A stretch of 64,000 nucleotides of DNA from NCBI GenBank assembly GCA_017608385.1, contig JAFCFZ010000001.1:8734-72733 (forward strand). Reading direction: 5' to 3'. Origin of the DNA: Candidatus Parvarchaeota archaeon. GTDB lineage: Archaea; Nanobdellota; Nanobdellia; B33-G15. The notes under the pieces were generated by a model, which did no database searches, was not told where the DNA came from, and was given only the letters and a program-made list of their open reading frames with translations. Below are positions 16,812 through 27,064 of the stretch, piece by piece; the stretch's first letter is position 1; every line of letters begins with the position of its first letter. The position numbers were made by a program, and so were the translations under genes.

Positions 16812-17516
16812 ATGTGGTTAATAGATGAAAAAGGTAGAATACATTTAACAGATAAGGAAGTGTTGGAAACTGATTTAGGAAAAGTTAAACTAGCCGGTGA
16901 GGTGGGTGACACACTCAAATCTCACACAGGTAAGAAATTCTTTATAATCAAACCAGAAATCCCAGATATGTTCAAAAAAATGAAAAGAGGTCCTCAAACA
17001 ATAAGAAATAAGGATATGGGCCTTATAGCTGTTAAAACAGGATTAAGAGAAGGGTATAATGTTCTGGATGCTGGCGCTGGTTCAGGATTCTTAACTTGTT
17101 TTATGGCAAAAGTAGTTGGAGATAGTGGAAGGATTTATGCCTATGAAAGAGAAAAGAGATTTTCTAAAATAGTAAGAGAAAATGTGAAAAGACTTGGATT
17201 GAAAAATGTCGAAATTATTGAAAAAGATGTTTACAATGGGATTGATCAAAAAAAATTGGATTTGATTACACTAGATCTTCCAGAACCTTGGAAAGCATTA
17301 AAACATGTTAAAAAAGCTTTGAAAAAATCTGGATTTTTGGCTGTTTATCTTCCAAATATGACTCAGGTTCAAAAATTCCTTGAAAAAAATAATATGTTTC
17401 TTGAATCAATAAATGAGATACTTCATAGAGAATGGGAAATTGAAAATAGAATATGTAGACCTAAACATCATATGTTAGGACATACTGCTTTCATTTTAAT
17501 ATTAAGGAATTTTTAA
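16812..17516 (+). CDS. trmI: tRNA (adenine-N1)-methyltransferase TrmI (Gcd14 family)
   Basis: An N-terminal beta domain is followed by a SAM motif (VLDAGAGSGFLTCFMAKVVGDSGRIYAYE) and the downstream DLITLDLPEPWKALKHVKKALKKSGFLAVYLPN. Confidence 0.75.
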   Translation: MWLIDEKGRIHLTDKEVLETDLGKVKLAGEVGDTLKSHTGKKFFIIKPEIPDMFKKMKRGPQTIRNKDMGLIAVKTGLREGYNVLDAGAGSGFLTCFMAKVVGDSGRIYAYEREKRFSKIVRENVKRLGLKNVEIIEKDVYNGIDQKKLDLITLDLPEPWKALKHVKKALKKSGFLAVYLPNMTQVQKFLEKNNMFLESINEILHREWEIENRICRPKHHMLGHTAFILILRNF

Positions 17517-17729
17517 TTTTCCTTCAGTTATTCGTTGGATAATAATGGCTACATCCTGTCCGGATTTGGCTTTTATGCACTTTCCTTTCAGGAGATTTTC
17601 ACATTTTAAAGTTTTAAAACATCTTCTACAAAGAACTGTTTTTTGAGATTTTCTAAATCCAACCGGTTTTCCACATTTATAACAAAAACATATGTTCCAC
17701 ATAATACTGGAAACAGTACCCAAAAGCAT
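17502..17729 (-). CDS. Small zinc-ribbon protein, hypothetical
   Basis: This 75-aa basic protein has CYKCGKP...CRRC...C...C. It is weak, and could alternatively be a spurious ORF in a divergent intergenic region. Confidence 0.3.
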   Translation of the reverse strand: MLLGTVSSIMWNICFCYKCGKPVGFRKSQKTVLCRRCFKTLKCENLLKGKCIKAKSGQDVAIIIQRITEGKLKIP

Positions 17730-17756
17730 AAAAATGTTTTTTAACCATTTCTTTTT

Positions 17757-18707
17757 ATGAGTGACATGGAAGCAATAAAAGATATTTCCGGTGTAGGAGA
17801 AAAAATAGCTGAAAAATTAGAAGAGGCAGGATACACCGATTTAATGGCCATTGCAGTGAGCCCTTCTGGACAATTAGCAGATGATGCGGGTGTAGGAGAA
17901 GCTACAGCCAAAAAAATAATTCAATCAGCCAGAGCAAGCTTAAAAATGGGTTTTATGAGTGGCATGGACGTTCTTGAAAAAAGAAAGAGTGTTGAATATA
18001 TCACAACTGGAAGTCCAGAATTTGACAGATTAATTGGAGGAAAGGGTGTTGAAAGTCAAGCAATTACTGAAGCTTTTGGAGAATTTGGTTCTGGAAAAAC
18101 ACAATTAGGTGCCCAGTTGGCAGTTAATGTTCAACTACCTAAAGACATGGGTGGATGTGATGGTTATGCTGTATGGATTGATACAGAAAATACTTTTAGA
18201 CCAAAAAGGATTATGCAATTGGCTGAAAAGATGGGATTAGATCCAGAAGAAGCACTAAAAAGAGTGAAAGTGGGTCGGGCTTTCTCAAGTGACCATCAGA
18301 TGTTATTGGCTGAAAAAGTAGCAGATTTAATTGAAAATGAAGGGATTAACGTCAAAATTGTTATTATGGATTCCCTCACAGGATTATTTAGAGCAGAATA
18401 TGTAGGAAGAGGTACTTTAGCAAGCAGACAGCAAAAATTAAATTCACACTTACATACACTTCAAAGACTTGCAGATAGATTTAATCTAGCAATTTTTGTT
18501 ACTAATCAAGTCATGTCAAGACCAGATACCTTTTTTGGAGACCCTACTAAAGCAATAGGGGGCCATATATTAGGTCATGCAGCAACATACAGGCTTTATT
18601 TAAGAAAGAGTAAGGGAAATAAGAGAATTGCAAGACTTGTTGATTCTCCTTGTCTTCCGGATGGGGAAGCTGTATTTACTGTTAGTGAAGAAGGAATTAG
18701 AGATTAA
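17757..18707 (+). CDS. radA: DNA repair and recombination protein RadA
   Basis: An N-terminal HhH region ([17 protein letters not shown]) is followed by Walker A ([10 protein letters not shown]), an IDTENTFRP segment and Walker B (LIVMDS). Confidence 0.9.
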   Translation: MSDMEAIKDISGVGEKIAEKLEEAGYTDLMAIAVSPSGQLADDAGVGEATAKKIIQSARASLKMGFMSGMDVLEKRKSVEYITTGSPEFDRLIGGKGVESQAITEAFGEFGSGKTQLGAQLAVNVQLPKDMGGCDGYAVWIDTENTFRPKRIMQLAEKMGLDPEEALKRVKVGRAFSSDHQMLLAEKVADLIENEGINVKIVIMDSLTGLFRAEYVGRGTLASRQQKLNSHLHTLQRLADRFNLAIFVTNQVMSRPDTFFGDPTKAIGGHILGHAATYRLYLRKSKGNKRIARLVDSPCLPDGEAVFTVSEEGIRD

Positions 18708-19808
18708 TTAATGTTTTTTTCTGAAAATTTTCTTTTTTAGGTAGAAAGTATAGATTAAATATATTATCACAACACCAATAAATGCAATGAAGAGACCTCT
18801 ATAAGTTGAATTACTCCATATTGTTGCAAATGCATTCAATACTGAAGAAGGTAAAACTATTCCAAAAATCCCATAATCATATTTTATTAATTGTTCTTCT
18901 CCATCATTATCAATATACATTGCATATGCTGCCAATATCTTTGAGTCTTTAGGAATATCAATATTTTGTGAAAAAGAAGTATTAGTCATTGCAGAAACAT
19001 CCTTAGCAAAAACATAGTCTTGGACTCCTTCCATTGTGAAATAAGAAACAGTGATGCTTATGTTTTGTCTAATATTTCCCATATTAGATAAATTAACATT
19101 CATTATAGTGTAATTGTTTTGAATAATTTCTGTTTCAAAAAAGACTTTTACATTAGGGATAACTACAGCAAAATCAACAACAAAATCAACTCTCTCATTT
19201 AAACCTCCAGAATTAGTGCCTATAAATGTTAAATTAAAATTTCTGTTAGAAACAGGTTTTACAAGCGAAATATTTATAGTCCTCTCTCCATTTCTTGGAA
19301 GATTGAATTGGGTAGGACTTATAGTAATGTCAACATTTCCCTTTAATTCCCAACTAACATCCAAAGGAACATTTCCAGAGTTTCTTACGAGTATATCTTC
19401 ATTTGTTATGTTTTTGAAACAAATAAGAGTAAAGGTCCTTGTAGAAGGTAGGAGCATTGGTGTAGGAGATATTGTTAATTGTTTTCTATAGTTAGTGCTT
19501 CCTTCTGAAGTTGTAAATGATAAGGTTATATTGTAGTTTCCAGCAGGAATATTGGAAGTGGATAATATTTTAGCATTGTCTATCAAATAAGTTATTGCAC
19601 TTTGACTCTCCAATGTTTCATTATATCCTTCTCCTAACAAAGTGAGAGTATAACTCACGCTTTGACTCTCATCAAACGAGATAGTATAATCAATTTGAAC
19701 ATTGTCGTAAGCAGTAGCAGTTGATTTACTAAGAATCATATCATATGAAACTGCATTTGTAATCCCTACCATAAGAAATATAGTAAGTAATCCAAATAAT
19801 TTCTTCAT
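18708..19808 (-). CDS. Secreted or surface protein with an N-terminal signal and a C-terminal TM anchor
   Basis: The start is taken at MKKLFGLLTIFLMVGITNA. It has a beta-rich body with many N-x-S/T sites and the C-terminus GLFIAFIGVVIIYLIYTFYLKKKIFRKKH (a TM helix and a basic tail). Confidence 0.5.
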   Translation of the reverse strand: MKKLFGLLTIFLMVGITNAVSYDMILSKSTATAYDNVQIDYTISFDESQSVSYTLTLLGEGYNETLESQSAITYLIDNAKILSTSNIPAGNYNITLSFTTSEGSTNYRKQLTISPTPMLLPSTRTFTLICFKNITNEDILVRNSGNVPLDVSWELKGNVDITISPTQFNLPRNGERTINISLVKPVSNRNFNLTFIGTNSGGLNERVDFVVDFAVVIPNVKVFFETEIIQNNYTIMNVNLSNMGNIRQNISITVSYFTMEGVQDYVFAKDVSAMTNTSFSQNIDIPKDSKILAAYAMYIDNDGEEQLIKYDYGIFGIVLPSSVLNAFATIWSNSTYRGLFIAFIGVVIIYLIYTFYLKKKIFRKKH

Positions 19809-19845
19809 AAAAAAGAGAATCATAAGAGGAAATATATAGGTTTTG

Positions 19846-20505
19846 TTATTTTGGTTTTAAAGATTTGAAATAATCACAATAATGTCTTACTGGACAAAGA
19901 AGACACTTTGGATTTAAAGATTTACACATTTCTCTGCCGTGCTGGATAAGCAGGACATGAAACTTGTAAGATAATTCATCAGGAACTTCATTATTCAATA
20001 TTATTTGAGTTTTAGATGCACTTGTCTTTCCCACAAAACCTATTCTTTGAGAAACTCGATGAACATGAGTATCAACAGGGATTATTTCTTTTTTAAACCC
20101 AAAATTAAGGACTACTGCGGCTGTTTTTGGACCAATCCCTTCTAATTGTTGTAACCATTCCATTGCTGTGTTAACATCCTCTTTTCCAAGAAAATCAATA
20201 TTCAATTCTCCTCTTTTTTCAAAGATCTTCAACAGGCTTTTTTTGATTCGCTTTGCTTTAATATTAGGTAATCCGCCTGATTTTATGATTTTAGCTATTT
20301 TTTTTTCTTCTGCCTCCAAAACAGTATACCAATTTTTGAAATGCTTCTTCAAATTTGAAAAAGCTCTACTGCTATTTTTGTCAGAAGTGTTTTGAGATAA
20401 TATTGTAGATACCACTAAACCAATAGGATCAATGTTTTTAGGTGCCCAATCAGGAACACCATACTTTTCTTCCAAAATTTCTAAGATCTTTTTGAGATTC
20501 TTCAC
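19846..20505 (-). CDS. nth: Endonuclease III (HhH-GPD DNA glycosylase with a 4Fe-4S cluster)
   Basis: It has the HhH-GPD core (LEGIGPKTAAVVLNFGF..IPVDTHVHRV) and a C-terminal C-x6-C-x2-C-x5-C cluster (CKSLNPKCLLCPVRHYC). Confidence 0.85.
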   Translation of the reverse strand: MKNLKKILEILEEKYGVPDWAPKNIDPIGLVVSTILSQNTSDKNSSRAFSNLKKHFKNWYTVLEAEEKKIAKIIKSGGLPNIKAKRIKKSLLKIFEKRGELNIDFLGKEDVNTAMEWLQQLEGIGPKTAAVVLNFGFKKEIIPVDTHVHRVSQRIGFVGKTSASKTQIILNNEVPDELSYKFHVLLIQHGREMCKSLNPKCLLCPVRHYCDYFKSLKPK

Positions 20506-20636
20506 AAAATAAGAGTGTTATCTTTTCTTATATCTTTTAGCATGATAAGAAAAATTTATAAGCAAAATTATGGATAAATACATCATGCAAGGTGATTATT
20601 TTTGCCTGGAGAGAAGTTCCACCTAAATTTAATTCT

Positions 20637-20722
20637 GGCGGGGTGACCGAACGGCCAGGTGGTCGGCTGCAAAGATTTATCACAGCTACCGACATAATTG
20701 GGTTCGACTCCCAACCCCGCCT
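20637..20722 (+). tRNA. tRNA-Cys(GCA) with a 15-nt intron in the anticodon loop
   Basis: The acceptor stem pairs GGCGGGG with CCCCGCC. The T arm is TTGGG-TTCGACT-CCCAA and the discriminator is U73, which is a Cys identity element. The anticodon stem pairs GTCGG with CCGAC, and the loop reads CTGCAA, so U33 and anticodon GCA. About 15 nt (AGATTTATCACAGCT) are inserted after position 37. There is no encoded CCA. It lies 16 bp upstream of cysS. Confidence 0.75.
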
Positions 20723-20737
20723 TTCGGAGGAATTCAT

Positions 20738-22117
20738 ATGAAAATATATCTATATAACACATTAACAAGAAAAAAAGAGAAATTTGTTCCAATAAAGAAA
20801 GGAGAAGCAGGAATATATTGTTGTGGGCCTACTGTTTATGATTATGCTCATATTGGGAATTTGAGAGCTTATTTGTTTGAAGATATACTTAGAAGAATGT
20901 TTCTTTACAATAATTACAAAATAGATCATGTCATGAACATAACTGATGTTGGACATCTTACTTCTGATGCTGATGAAGGGGAAGATAAAATGGAGAAAGG
21001 AGCGAAAAGAGAAGGAAAAGCTGCTTGGGATATTGCTGAAAAATACACAAAAGCGTTTTTCCATGACACTAATCTTTTAAATATAGTAAGGCCAGAAACA
21101 ACACCAAAAGCAACAGACCACATAAAGGAAATGATTAAGTGGATTAAGAAATTAGAAGAAAAAAGATTTACATACAAAACATCTGACGGAATTTATTATG
21201 ATACTTCTAAATATGAAAAGTATGCTGATTTTGCAAAACTTAATTTGGAAGGCCTAAAAAAAGGTGCAAGGATTGAGTTTTCTAAGGAAAAAAAGAATCC
21301 TTCTGATTTTGCTTTGTGGAAATTCTCTCCTTCTGACAAAAAAAGAGATATGGAGTGGGAATCTCCGTGGGGAAAGGGATTTCCAGGATGGCATATAGAG
21401 TGTTCTGTCATGTCTATAAAGTATTTGGGAAAACAATTTGACATTCATTGTGGTGGAATAGATCATATAAATGTTCATCATACTAATGAAATAGCTCAAA
21501 CAGAACCAGTTATTGGTAAAAAATGGGTTAATTATTGGCTTCATAATGATCATCTGGTTTTGAAAGAAGGAAAAATGAGCAAGTCTGAAGGAAATTTCAC
21601 AACCTTACAAACCTTGATCGATAAAGGGTTTGATCCTTTAGCTTTTAGATATCTTTGTTTTGGTGCAAATTATAGGACTAAAATAGAATTTTCCTGGGAA
21701 GGAATGAAAAAGGCACAACAATCTTATGATTCTCTAAGAAATAGGGTTTCTCTTGCTAAAAAGGAAAATGGAAAGGAAAACAAAAAGCTCTTTGAAAAGT
21801 TTGAAAAAGAGTTTCATGAAAGAATCAATGATAACCTTGACACTCCACAAGCAATGGCTATTGTTTGGAATATGATAAAATCAGATCTTTCTGGAAAAGA
21901 AAAAATAGAATTAGTCACAAAGTTTGATAAAATTCTTGGATTGGATTTATTGGAAGAAGAAGAACTCCCAGAAAATGCATTAGATATGATCAAAAAAAGA
22001 GAAGAAGCCAGAAAGAATAAGAATTGGAAAACAGCAGATAGAATAAGGGAAGATCTTGATGGAATGAATGTTTTTGTAGAGGATACTAAAGAAGGAACAA
22101 TATGGAGAATCAAATAG
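20738..22117 (+). CDS. cysS: Cysteinyl-tRNA synthetase
   Basis: It has a HIGH-type motif (CGPTVYDYAHIGNLR) and KMSKS (KMSKSEGN), plus the zinc-binding Cys at CGG. It is class I aaRS length. Confidence 0.9.
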   Translation: MKIYLYNTLTRKKEKFVPIKKGEAGIYCCGPTVYDYAHIGNLRAYLFEDILRRMFLYNNYKIDHVMNITDVGHLTSDADEGEDKMEKGAKREGKAAWDIAEKYTKAFFHDTNLLNIVRPETTPKATDHIKEMIKWIKKLEEKRFTYKTSDGIYYDTSKYEKYADFAKLNLEGLKKGARIEFSKEKKNPSDFALWKFSPSDKKRDMEWESPWGKGFPGWHIECSVMSIKYLGKQFDIHCGGIDHINVHHTNEIAQTEPVIGKKWVNYWLHNDHLVLKEGKMSKSEGNFTTLQTLIDKGFDPLAFRYLCFGANYRTKIEFSWEGMKKAQQSYDSLRNRVSLAKKENGKENKKLFEKFEKEFHERINDNLDTPQAMAIVWNMIKSDLSGKEKIELVTKFDKILGLDLLEEEELPENALDMIKKREEARKNKNWKTADRIREDLDGMNVFVEDTKEGTIWRIK

Positions 22118-23003
22118 GCTCTGCATCAAAACCTCTTTTTACTAATTCTTTAGCAAATTCTTTGTTGAATCCATGAGTTACATATATTTTTTCAGGATTA
22201 ACTTTTTCAGCTGTTTCAATCAAACCAGGAAAGTCTGCATGATCTGACAATGGAAAGGTTACATCATGACCTACTATATCTTTAGCCCAACCTGAAAAAA
22301 ATGCTCTTTTTGCCTTGAAATCTATTTTTGTTCGAGGAGGAGTTATAAAAACAAAGGGTTTTTTGTCAAAATTATGTTTTCTTGCTTCTCTAAAAGTCAT
22401 AAATCCATTTAAGTCAATCCCAAATCTAGAATAAACGCTGTTCATTTTAAGCATTGATCCATGAACAAAAACAGGATGTTCTAAATCTTCAAACAATTTC
22501 GCAAGGAGTTGGGATTTTCCCAAAGAATATGCATAAGCAACAACATTATTTCCCTTATTCAATTGTTTATTTATCCAATCTAATGAAGAAATCATTACTT
22601 CCTCTGGTTCTGGTAAAACATAATCTTCTCTTCCAAAAGTAGACTCCATAATCAAAATGTCTGCTTTTTTTGGAAAAAACTTATTCATGAATAGTCTTTT
22701 CCTATCTGAAAAATCTCCAGTATAAAGAATAGTCTGGTCTCCTTCATACAATAAAGCAGCTGATCCTAAGATGTGTCCTGCATCAAGAAGTTTAACATTT
22801 TTAGGTAAATCAATAACATTTTTTGGATCAAAATTGTATCTTGCTTTCATTAATTCAACTGTCTCAGGGGTTGCTATTATCTTTCCTTCCATTATCTTGT
22901 GATCTGCATGTGCATGAGAAACAAAAGTGATATCCGCTTTATGGTCCATTCCTATTTTTATTTTACCATCTACAATAGTTTCATTTTCCTTATCAAAATA
23001 CAT
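22110..23003 (-). CDS. Metallo-beta-lactamase fold hydrolase, possibly a beta-CASP-like nuclease
   Basis: HAHADH, AGHILGS and YTGD motifs, plus a late SDHADF motif, are consistent with an MBL fold and possibly a beta-CASP nuclease. It is compact at 297 aa. Confidence 0.5.
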   Translation of the reverse strand: MYFDKENETIVDGKIKIGMDHKADITFVSHAHADHKIMEGKIIATPETVELMKARYNFDPKNVIDLPKNVKLLDAGHILGSAALLYEGDQTILYTGDFSDRKRLFMNKFFPKKADILIMESTFGREDYVLPEPEEVMISSLDWINKQLNKGNNVVAYAYSLGKSQLLAKLFEDLEHPVFVHGSMLKMNSVYSRFGIDLNGFMTFREARKHNFDKKPFVFITPPRTKIDFKAKRAFFSGWAKDIVGHDVTFPLSDHADFPGLIETAEKVNPEKIYVTHGFNKEFAKELVKRGFDAEPI

Positions 23004-23007
23004 TTTA

Positions 23008-23904
23008 TTAGCCAGTTATCTTATCTTTGAGTCCACTTATAATCTCATTGGCTGAAACCCCTATCCCTGCTCCAGCTAGAGCTCCACCCATATTTTTTCC
23101 TATGTCTCCTAAAACATCAAAGAAACGAGTAGGGAAAAGTATCTTTGTTGAAGATCCTCTTCCTAACTCTTCTAATGCTTTTATATAGAAATACATCAAT
23201 GCTTTGTCTTCTAATTTTCCTGCTGCTTCCCCTACAACTTCCACCATTACTCTCTTTGCTTCAGCTAACAATCTTTGAGCCTGTAATTGTTGTGCTGCTA
23301 TTTCTTTTTGTTGCATTGCAACTGCTATCTCTTCTGGTGGTGTTAATGATCTAATTTGTAAGGTAGGTATGTCAATCCCCCATCTCCACAGTTCTCTTCT
23401 AACAGCATCTTTTACCAAATCATTCAAATGATTTAATTTTGAGAATAAATCTCTCATATCAAGATTAGCCATGACATTTCTAACCTGAGAAATTAATAGA
23501 TTTTGTATTGCTTTTTGATAATTTTCTATTTGAAGAACTGCTTTTTGAGGATCTACAACTCTATAATAAACCAAACTATTTACTTTTAACCTCAAATCGT
23601 CTTTTGTGAATACTAAAGGAACTATAACATCAAGCATTCTTGTTCTAACATCAATTTTTTGAAATTCTTTTTCAAAAAAAGGTATAACAACACTCCATCC
23701 TGGTCCCCCTATCCTATTAAATCTTCCAAATCTGAATATTATTGCTCTTTCATACTCATCATATTTTCTTACAAAGAATTTGTAAAACAAGGCTATGAAA
23801 AAGATCAGGCCTAACAGGTAAGTGAACCATCTAAACCATGTAAAAACATTATAGGCCCAAATAAACACGAAAATACCAAAAACTAAGAGTATTTCTCCAA
23901 GCAT
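23008..23904 (-). CDS. SPFH/band-7 (stomatin/prohibitin-like) membrane protein
   Basis: An N-terminal TM helix is followed by a band-7 core (VDVRTRMLDVIVPLVFTKDDLRLKVNSLVYYRVVDPQKAV) and a coiled-coil tail. Confidence 0.7.
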   Translation of the reverse strand: MLGEILLVFGIFVFIWAYNVFTWFRWFTYLLGLIFFIALFYKFFVRKYDEYERAIIFRFGRFNRIGGPGWSVVIPFFEKEFQKIDVRTRMLDVIVPLVFTKDDLRLKVNSLVYYRVVDPQKAVLQIENYQKAIQNLLISQVRNVMANLDMRDLFSKLNHLNDLVKDAVRRELWRWGIDIPTLQIRSLTPPEEIAVAMQQKEIAAQQLQAQRLLAEAKRVMVEVVGEAAGKLEDKALMYFYIKALEELGRGSSTKILFPTRFFDVLGDIGKNMGGALAGAGIGVSANEIISGLKDKITG

Positions 23905-23943
23905 ATAAATTCCATATAAAACAATTAATTTAATACTTTCGTA

Positions 23944-25014
23944 TTAGAAAAATTTCTCAATTAATTTAACTGTTATATTTGTATTTTTAAGATATTTTAT
24001 TGCATAATGTACAGGTTTTTTAAATATCCTGAGGATCAATAAACCATAACTAAGCTTTTTTCCAATTACTCTTTTTATCTCTTTTTCATATCCTAAGATT
24101 TCTTTTTTTCCATTTTTTAATGCTAGATCAATGAATTTAGCCCCTTTTATCGCACTAAGAATTGCACAATATATTCCTTCTCCTGAAATAGGATAAATAA
24201 ATCCTGCTGCATCTCCAATTAATATTATTCTATTTGAAGCAAGATTGGCCTTATTATTATAAACAGGCAAAACCCAATTATCTATCTTATTAAAATCAAT
24301 CTCCAAAATCAGACCAAATTCCCACTCTAATTTCTTAATAAATTCCTTAAAAGCAGCCGTTGTTTCCAAAATATTCATATCTCCTCCAACCCCAATTGAA
24401 ATATTATTTTTTCTTGGAAATACCCAACCATATCCTCTTTTAATTGAATCAGTGTAAATATTGAATTTGTTTTTAAATATCTCATTTATTTTTTTCTTAC
24501 TCATTAAAATTTCTTTTGAAGAACTTTTTGCGTATTGTCTCTTACCTTTGTTTAAATATCTATATACAATACTTGTGGGACCATCAGCACCAACCAAAAA
24601 TTTAGCAGAATATCTTTTTCCTGAGACAGTTTCACAAACAACTTCATCTTCTTTGTTTTCAATTTTAGAAACCATTTCACCTCTAATTATCTTTGTCCCT
24701 GCTTTTTTTGCTTTATTCTCAAGAAAACCATCAAAATTCTTTCTTGTTACAGTGACTCCACTATATTTTTCATGTGAAAGCTCTAAAACTTTTTCTCCAG
24801 AAAATATTCTTGTTCCTCTTATTTCACATTCTATTATATCTTCGGGAATATCTCCTACTAAATCCAATGTTTTTTTAGATATCCCTCCTCCGCATGGTTT
24901 TTCCATGATTTTGGGATCTTTTTCAATTAGTAAAACATCAATGCCTTTTTCAGATAATTCTTTGGCTATTGTTGATCCTGCAGGACCAGCACCTACAACA
25001 ATAACATCAAACAT
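23944..25014 (-). CDS. Geranylgeranyl reductase family FAD-dependent oxidoreductase (digeranylgeranylglycerophospholipid reductase-like)
   Basis: It has an N-terminal Rossmann motif (MFDVIVVGAGPAGSTIAKELSEKGIDVLLIEKD) and the downstream LVGADGPTS and IGDAAG motifs. Confidence 0.8.
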   Translation of the reverse strand: MFDVIVVGAGPAGSTIAKELSEKGIDVLLIEKDPKIMEKPCGGGISKKTLDLVGDIPEDIIECEIRGTRIFSGEKVLELSHEKYSGVTVTRKNFDGFLENKAKKAGTKIIRGEMVSKIENKEDEVVCETVSGKRYSAKFLVGADGPTSIVYRYLNKGKRQYAKSSSKEILMSKKKINEIFKNKFNIYTDSIKRGYGWVFPRKNNISIGVGGDMNILETTAAFKEFIKKLEWEFGLILEIDFNKIDNWVLPVYNNKANLASNRIILIGDAAGFIYPISGEGIYCAILSAIKGAKFIDLALKNGKKEILGYEKEIKRVIGKKLSYGLLILRIFKKPVHYAIKYLKNTNITVKLIEKFF

Positions 25015-25110
25015 AAAAAGAAGTCATATGTGTTGGATAAATATTTTTTCATTCAAAACTTTTTTAATTATCCAGATATTTAAGATTCCTACTGATTCGG
25101 GGGTGAACAG

Positions 25111-25380
25111 ATGACAGAGATTAGTGAAGTGTTTATCGGCAAAAAACCTTTTATGAACTATGTAACTGCTGTGGTTATGCAATTTAATTCTGGTTCAAAA
25201 GTAACCTTTGTTAAAGCAAGGGGACAACACATATCCAGAGCTGTTGATGTTGCTGAAGTGGTTAAAAATAGATTTGTCAAAGATATTGAAGTAAAAGAAG
25301 TAAAAATAGGTTCACAAGATTTTGAGTCTGAAGGTAGAAAAATAAGGGTAAGTACTATTGAAATTGCGCTAGGAAAGTGA
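25111..25380 (+). CDS. albA: Chromatin protein Alba
   Basis: This 89-aa protein has KKPFMNYVTAVVMQFNSG..VTFVKARGQHISRAVDVAEVVKNRF, which is the Alba pattern. Confidence 0.8.
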   Translation: MTEISEVFIGKKPFMNYVTAVVMQFNSGSKVTFVKARGQHISRAVDVAEVVKNRFVKDIEVKEVKIGSQDFESEGRKIRVSTIEIALGK

Positions 25381-25431
25381 TTTTTTCTATTTTATTTAAT
25401 GTTTTTAAAATACCAAGAATATAACTCTCTA

Positions 25432-26139
25432 ATGATAGATGTTCATTGTCACCTTAACTCAAAGGATTTTGATAAGGATTTAAAAGAAGTAGTTGGAAGA
25501 GCTAAAGACATAATCATAATTGATGCTGGCACAGACTATGAATCAAATGTAAAAAGTTTGGAAATCTCTAGAAATTTTAAAAATGTTTATTCTTGTCTTG
25601 GAATGGAACCTTGTTTAAAGGATTTTGAAAGGATTAATGAATTAATCTTCAATAACAAGCAAAATATTGTTGGAATTGGGGAAGTAGGACTTGATTATAA
25701 GATATGTAAAGAAAGAGAAGATGAAGATTTCAGAAGATTCATAAGATTGGCAAATAAATTCAATATTCCTATTGTAGTACATAGTAGATGGGCTGTAAAA
25801 CCTGTTTTAAATGTTTTAGAAGAGGAAGAAGCAAAAAAAGTCATTTTGCATGCTTTTTCTGGAAATATTAAGGAAGGATTGAGAGCAGTGGAAAATAACT
25901 GGTTTATTTCAATTCCAACTAGTATCAAATGGGCTGAACAAAAACAAGAAATTGCTAAAGCAATTCCAATCAAAAACTTGTTAACTGAAACAGATTCTCC
26001 AGTTATGTGGGAAGGTAGGAACGAACCCAAAAATGTGGAGTTTGTTGTGAAAAAAATAGCCGAAATAAAAGATTTAAGTGTTGAGAAAGCCGATAAAATA
26101 ATAACTTCAAACGGAAAAAAGGTGTTTAGAATTGGTTGA
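25432..26139 (+). CDS. tatD: TatD family metal-dependent DNase/hydrolase
   Basis: The start is taken at MIDVHCHL, the canonical TatD N-terminus. It also has GIGEVGLDY, VVHSR and a downstream LTETDSP motif. Confidence 0.7.
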   Translation: MIDVHCHLNSKDFDKDLKEVVGRAKDIIIIDAGTDYESNVKSLEISRNFKNVYSCLGMEPCLKDFERINELIFNNKQNIVGIGEVGLDYKICKEREDEDFRRFIRLANKFNIPIVVHSRWAVKPVLNVLEEEEAKKVILHAFSGNIKEGLRAVENNWFISIPTSIKWAEQKQEIAKAIPIKNLLTETDSPVMWEGRNEPKNVEFVVKKIAEIKDLSVEKADKIITSNGKKVFRIG

Positions 26140-27025
26140 AATTACATTTTTAGGAACTGGAAACATGTTTCCTACTGAAAGGAGGAACCATCCATCAGTT
26201 TTGTTAAGATATAATGGGGATCTTATTTTATTTGATTGTGGAGAAGGAACACAAAAACAACTGAGAAAAGCCAAGATTCCTCCAACTAAAATCAAGTATA
26301 TTTTCATAACCCATTGGCATGGAGATCATTCTTTAGGTCTTCCAGGAATGTTTCAAAGTTTAAGCGCTCATGGAAAAAAAGAGAAATTAATTGTAGTAGG
26401 TCCTGCAAAAACAAAAGAAAGAATTGAATACATAAAAAAAGCGTTTACTTGGTATGAAAACTTTCAAATAGAAGTTATAGAAGCAAAAAATGGAAAAGTA
26501 ATCGAAACAGATGAATGGATAATAAAAGCGATGGAAGTGAAGCATGGAACTCCTTGTTTAGCTTATTCTTTTGAAGAGAAAGAGAAAGTTAAAATCAATA
26601 TTGAATACACTAAGAAATTTGGTTTGATTCAACATCCTTTACTTGGCAAATTGCAAAAAGGCCAAACAATAGAGTGGAAAGGGAAAAAGATAACTCCAAA
26701 AAAAGGTACTTTCAAAAAAAAGGGAAAAAAGATAACTTATATTACAGATACAGTATTTTTTCCTGAATTAATTGATTTTTCAATGGATTCTGATGTAATT
26801 ATTTCTGAGTGTTCCTTTATGGATAGAGATACAGAAATGGCTCTTGATAAGAAACATATGATTACTTCTCAAGTTGGGATGTTGGCTAAAAAATCTAATG
26901 CAAAAAAACTATTATTATTTCATATTAGTCCAAGATATTCAAACGAAAAAGAGGTTGTTGAAGAAGTAAAAAAAGTTTTTGAAGAGGCTAAATTAGTTAA
27001 TGATTTAGAGAAGATTAATGTTTGA
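26132..27025 (+). CDS. rnz: Ribonuclease Z (tRNA 3' processing endonuclease)
   Basis: The sequence reads ITFLGTGNMFPTERRNHPSVLL...LFDCGEGTQKQL...FITHWHGDHSLGLPGM and ends with an MBL C-terminus (LLLFHISPRY). Confidence 0.8.
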   Translation: MVEITFLGTGNMFPTERRNHPSVLLRYNGDLILFDCGEGTQKQLRKAKIPPTKIKYIFITHWHGDHSLGLPGMFQSLSAHGKKEKLIVVGPAKTKERIEYIKKAFTWYENFQIEVIEAKNGKVIETDEWIIKAMEVKHGTPCLAYSFEEKEKVKINIEYTKKFGLIQHPLLGKLQKGQTIEWKGKKITPKKGTFKKKGKKITYITDTVFFPELIDFSMDSDVIISECSFMDRDTEMALDKKHMITSQVGMLAKKSNAKKLLLFHISPRYSNEKEVVEEVKKVFEEAKLVNDLEKINV

Positions 27026-27064
27026 GGAAAAAGATTTAATATAGTCACCACTTAATTATGAGTA

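Noticed and set aside
20537-20792. Two minus-strand ORFs (66 and 69 aa) in the six-frame track
   Set aside because: They lie antisense across the tRNA-Cys gene and its promoter, and the GC-rich tRNA sequence creates the open frames. There is no coding signature.
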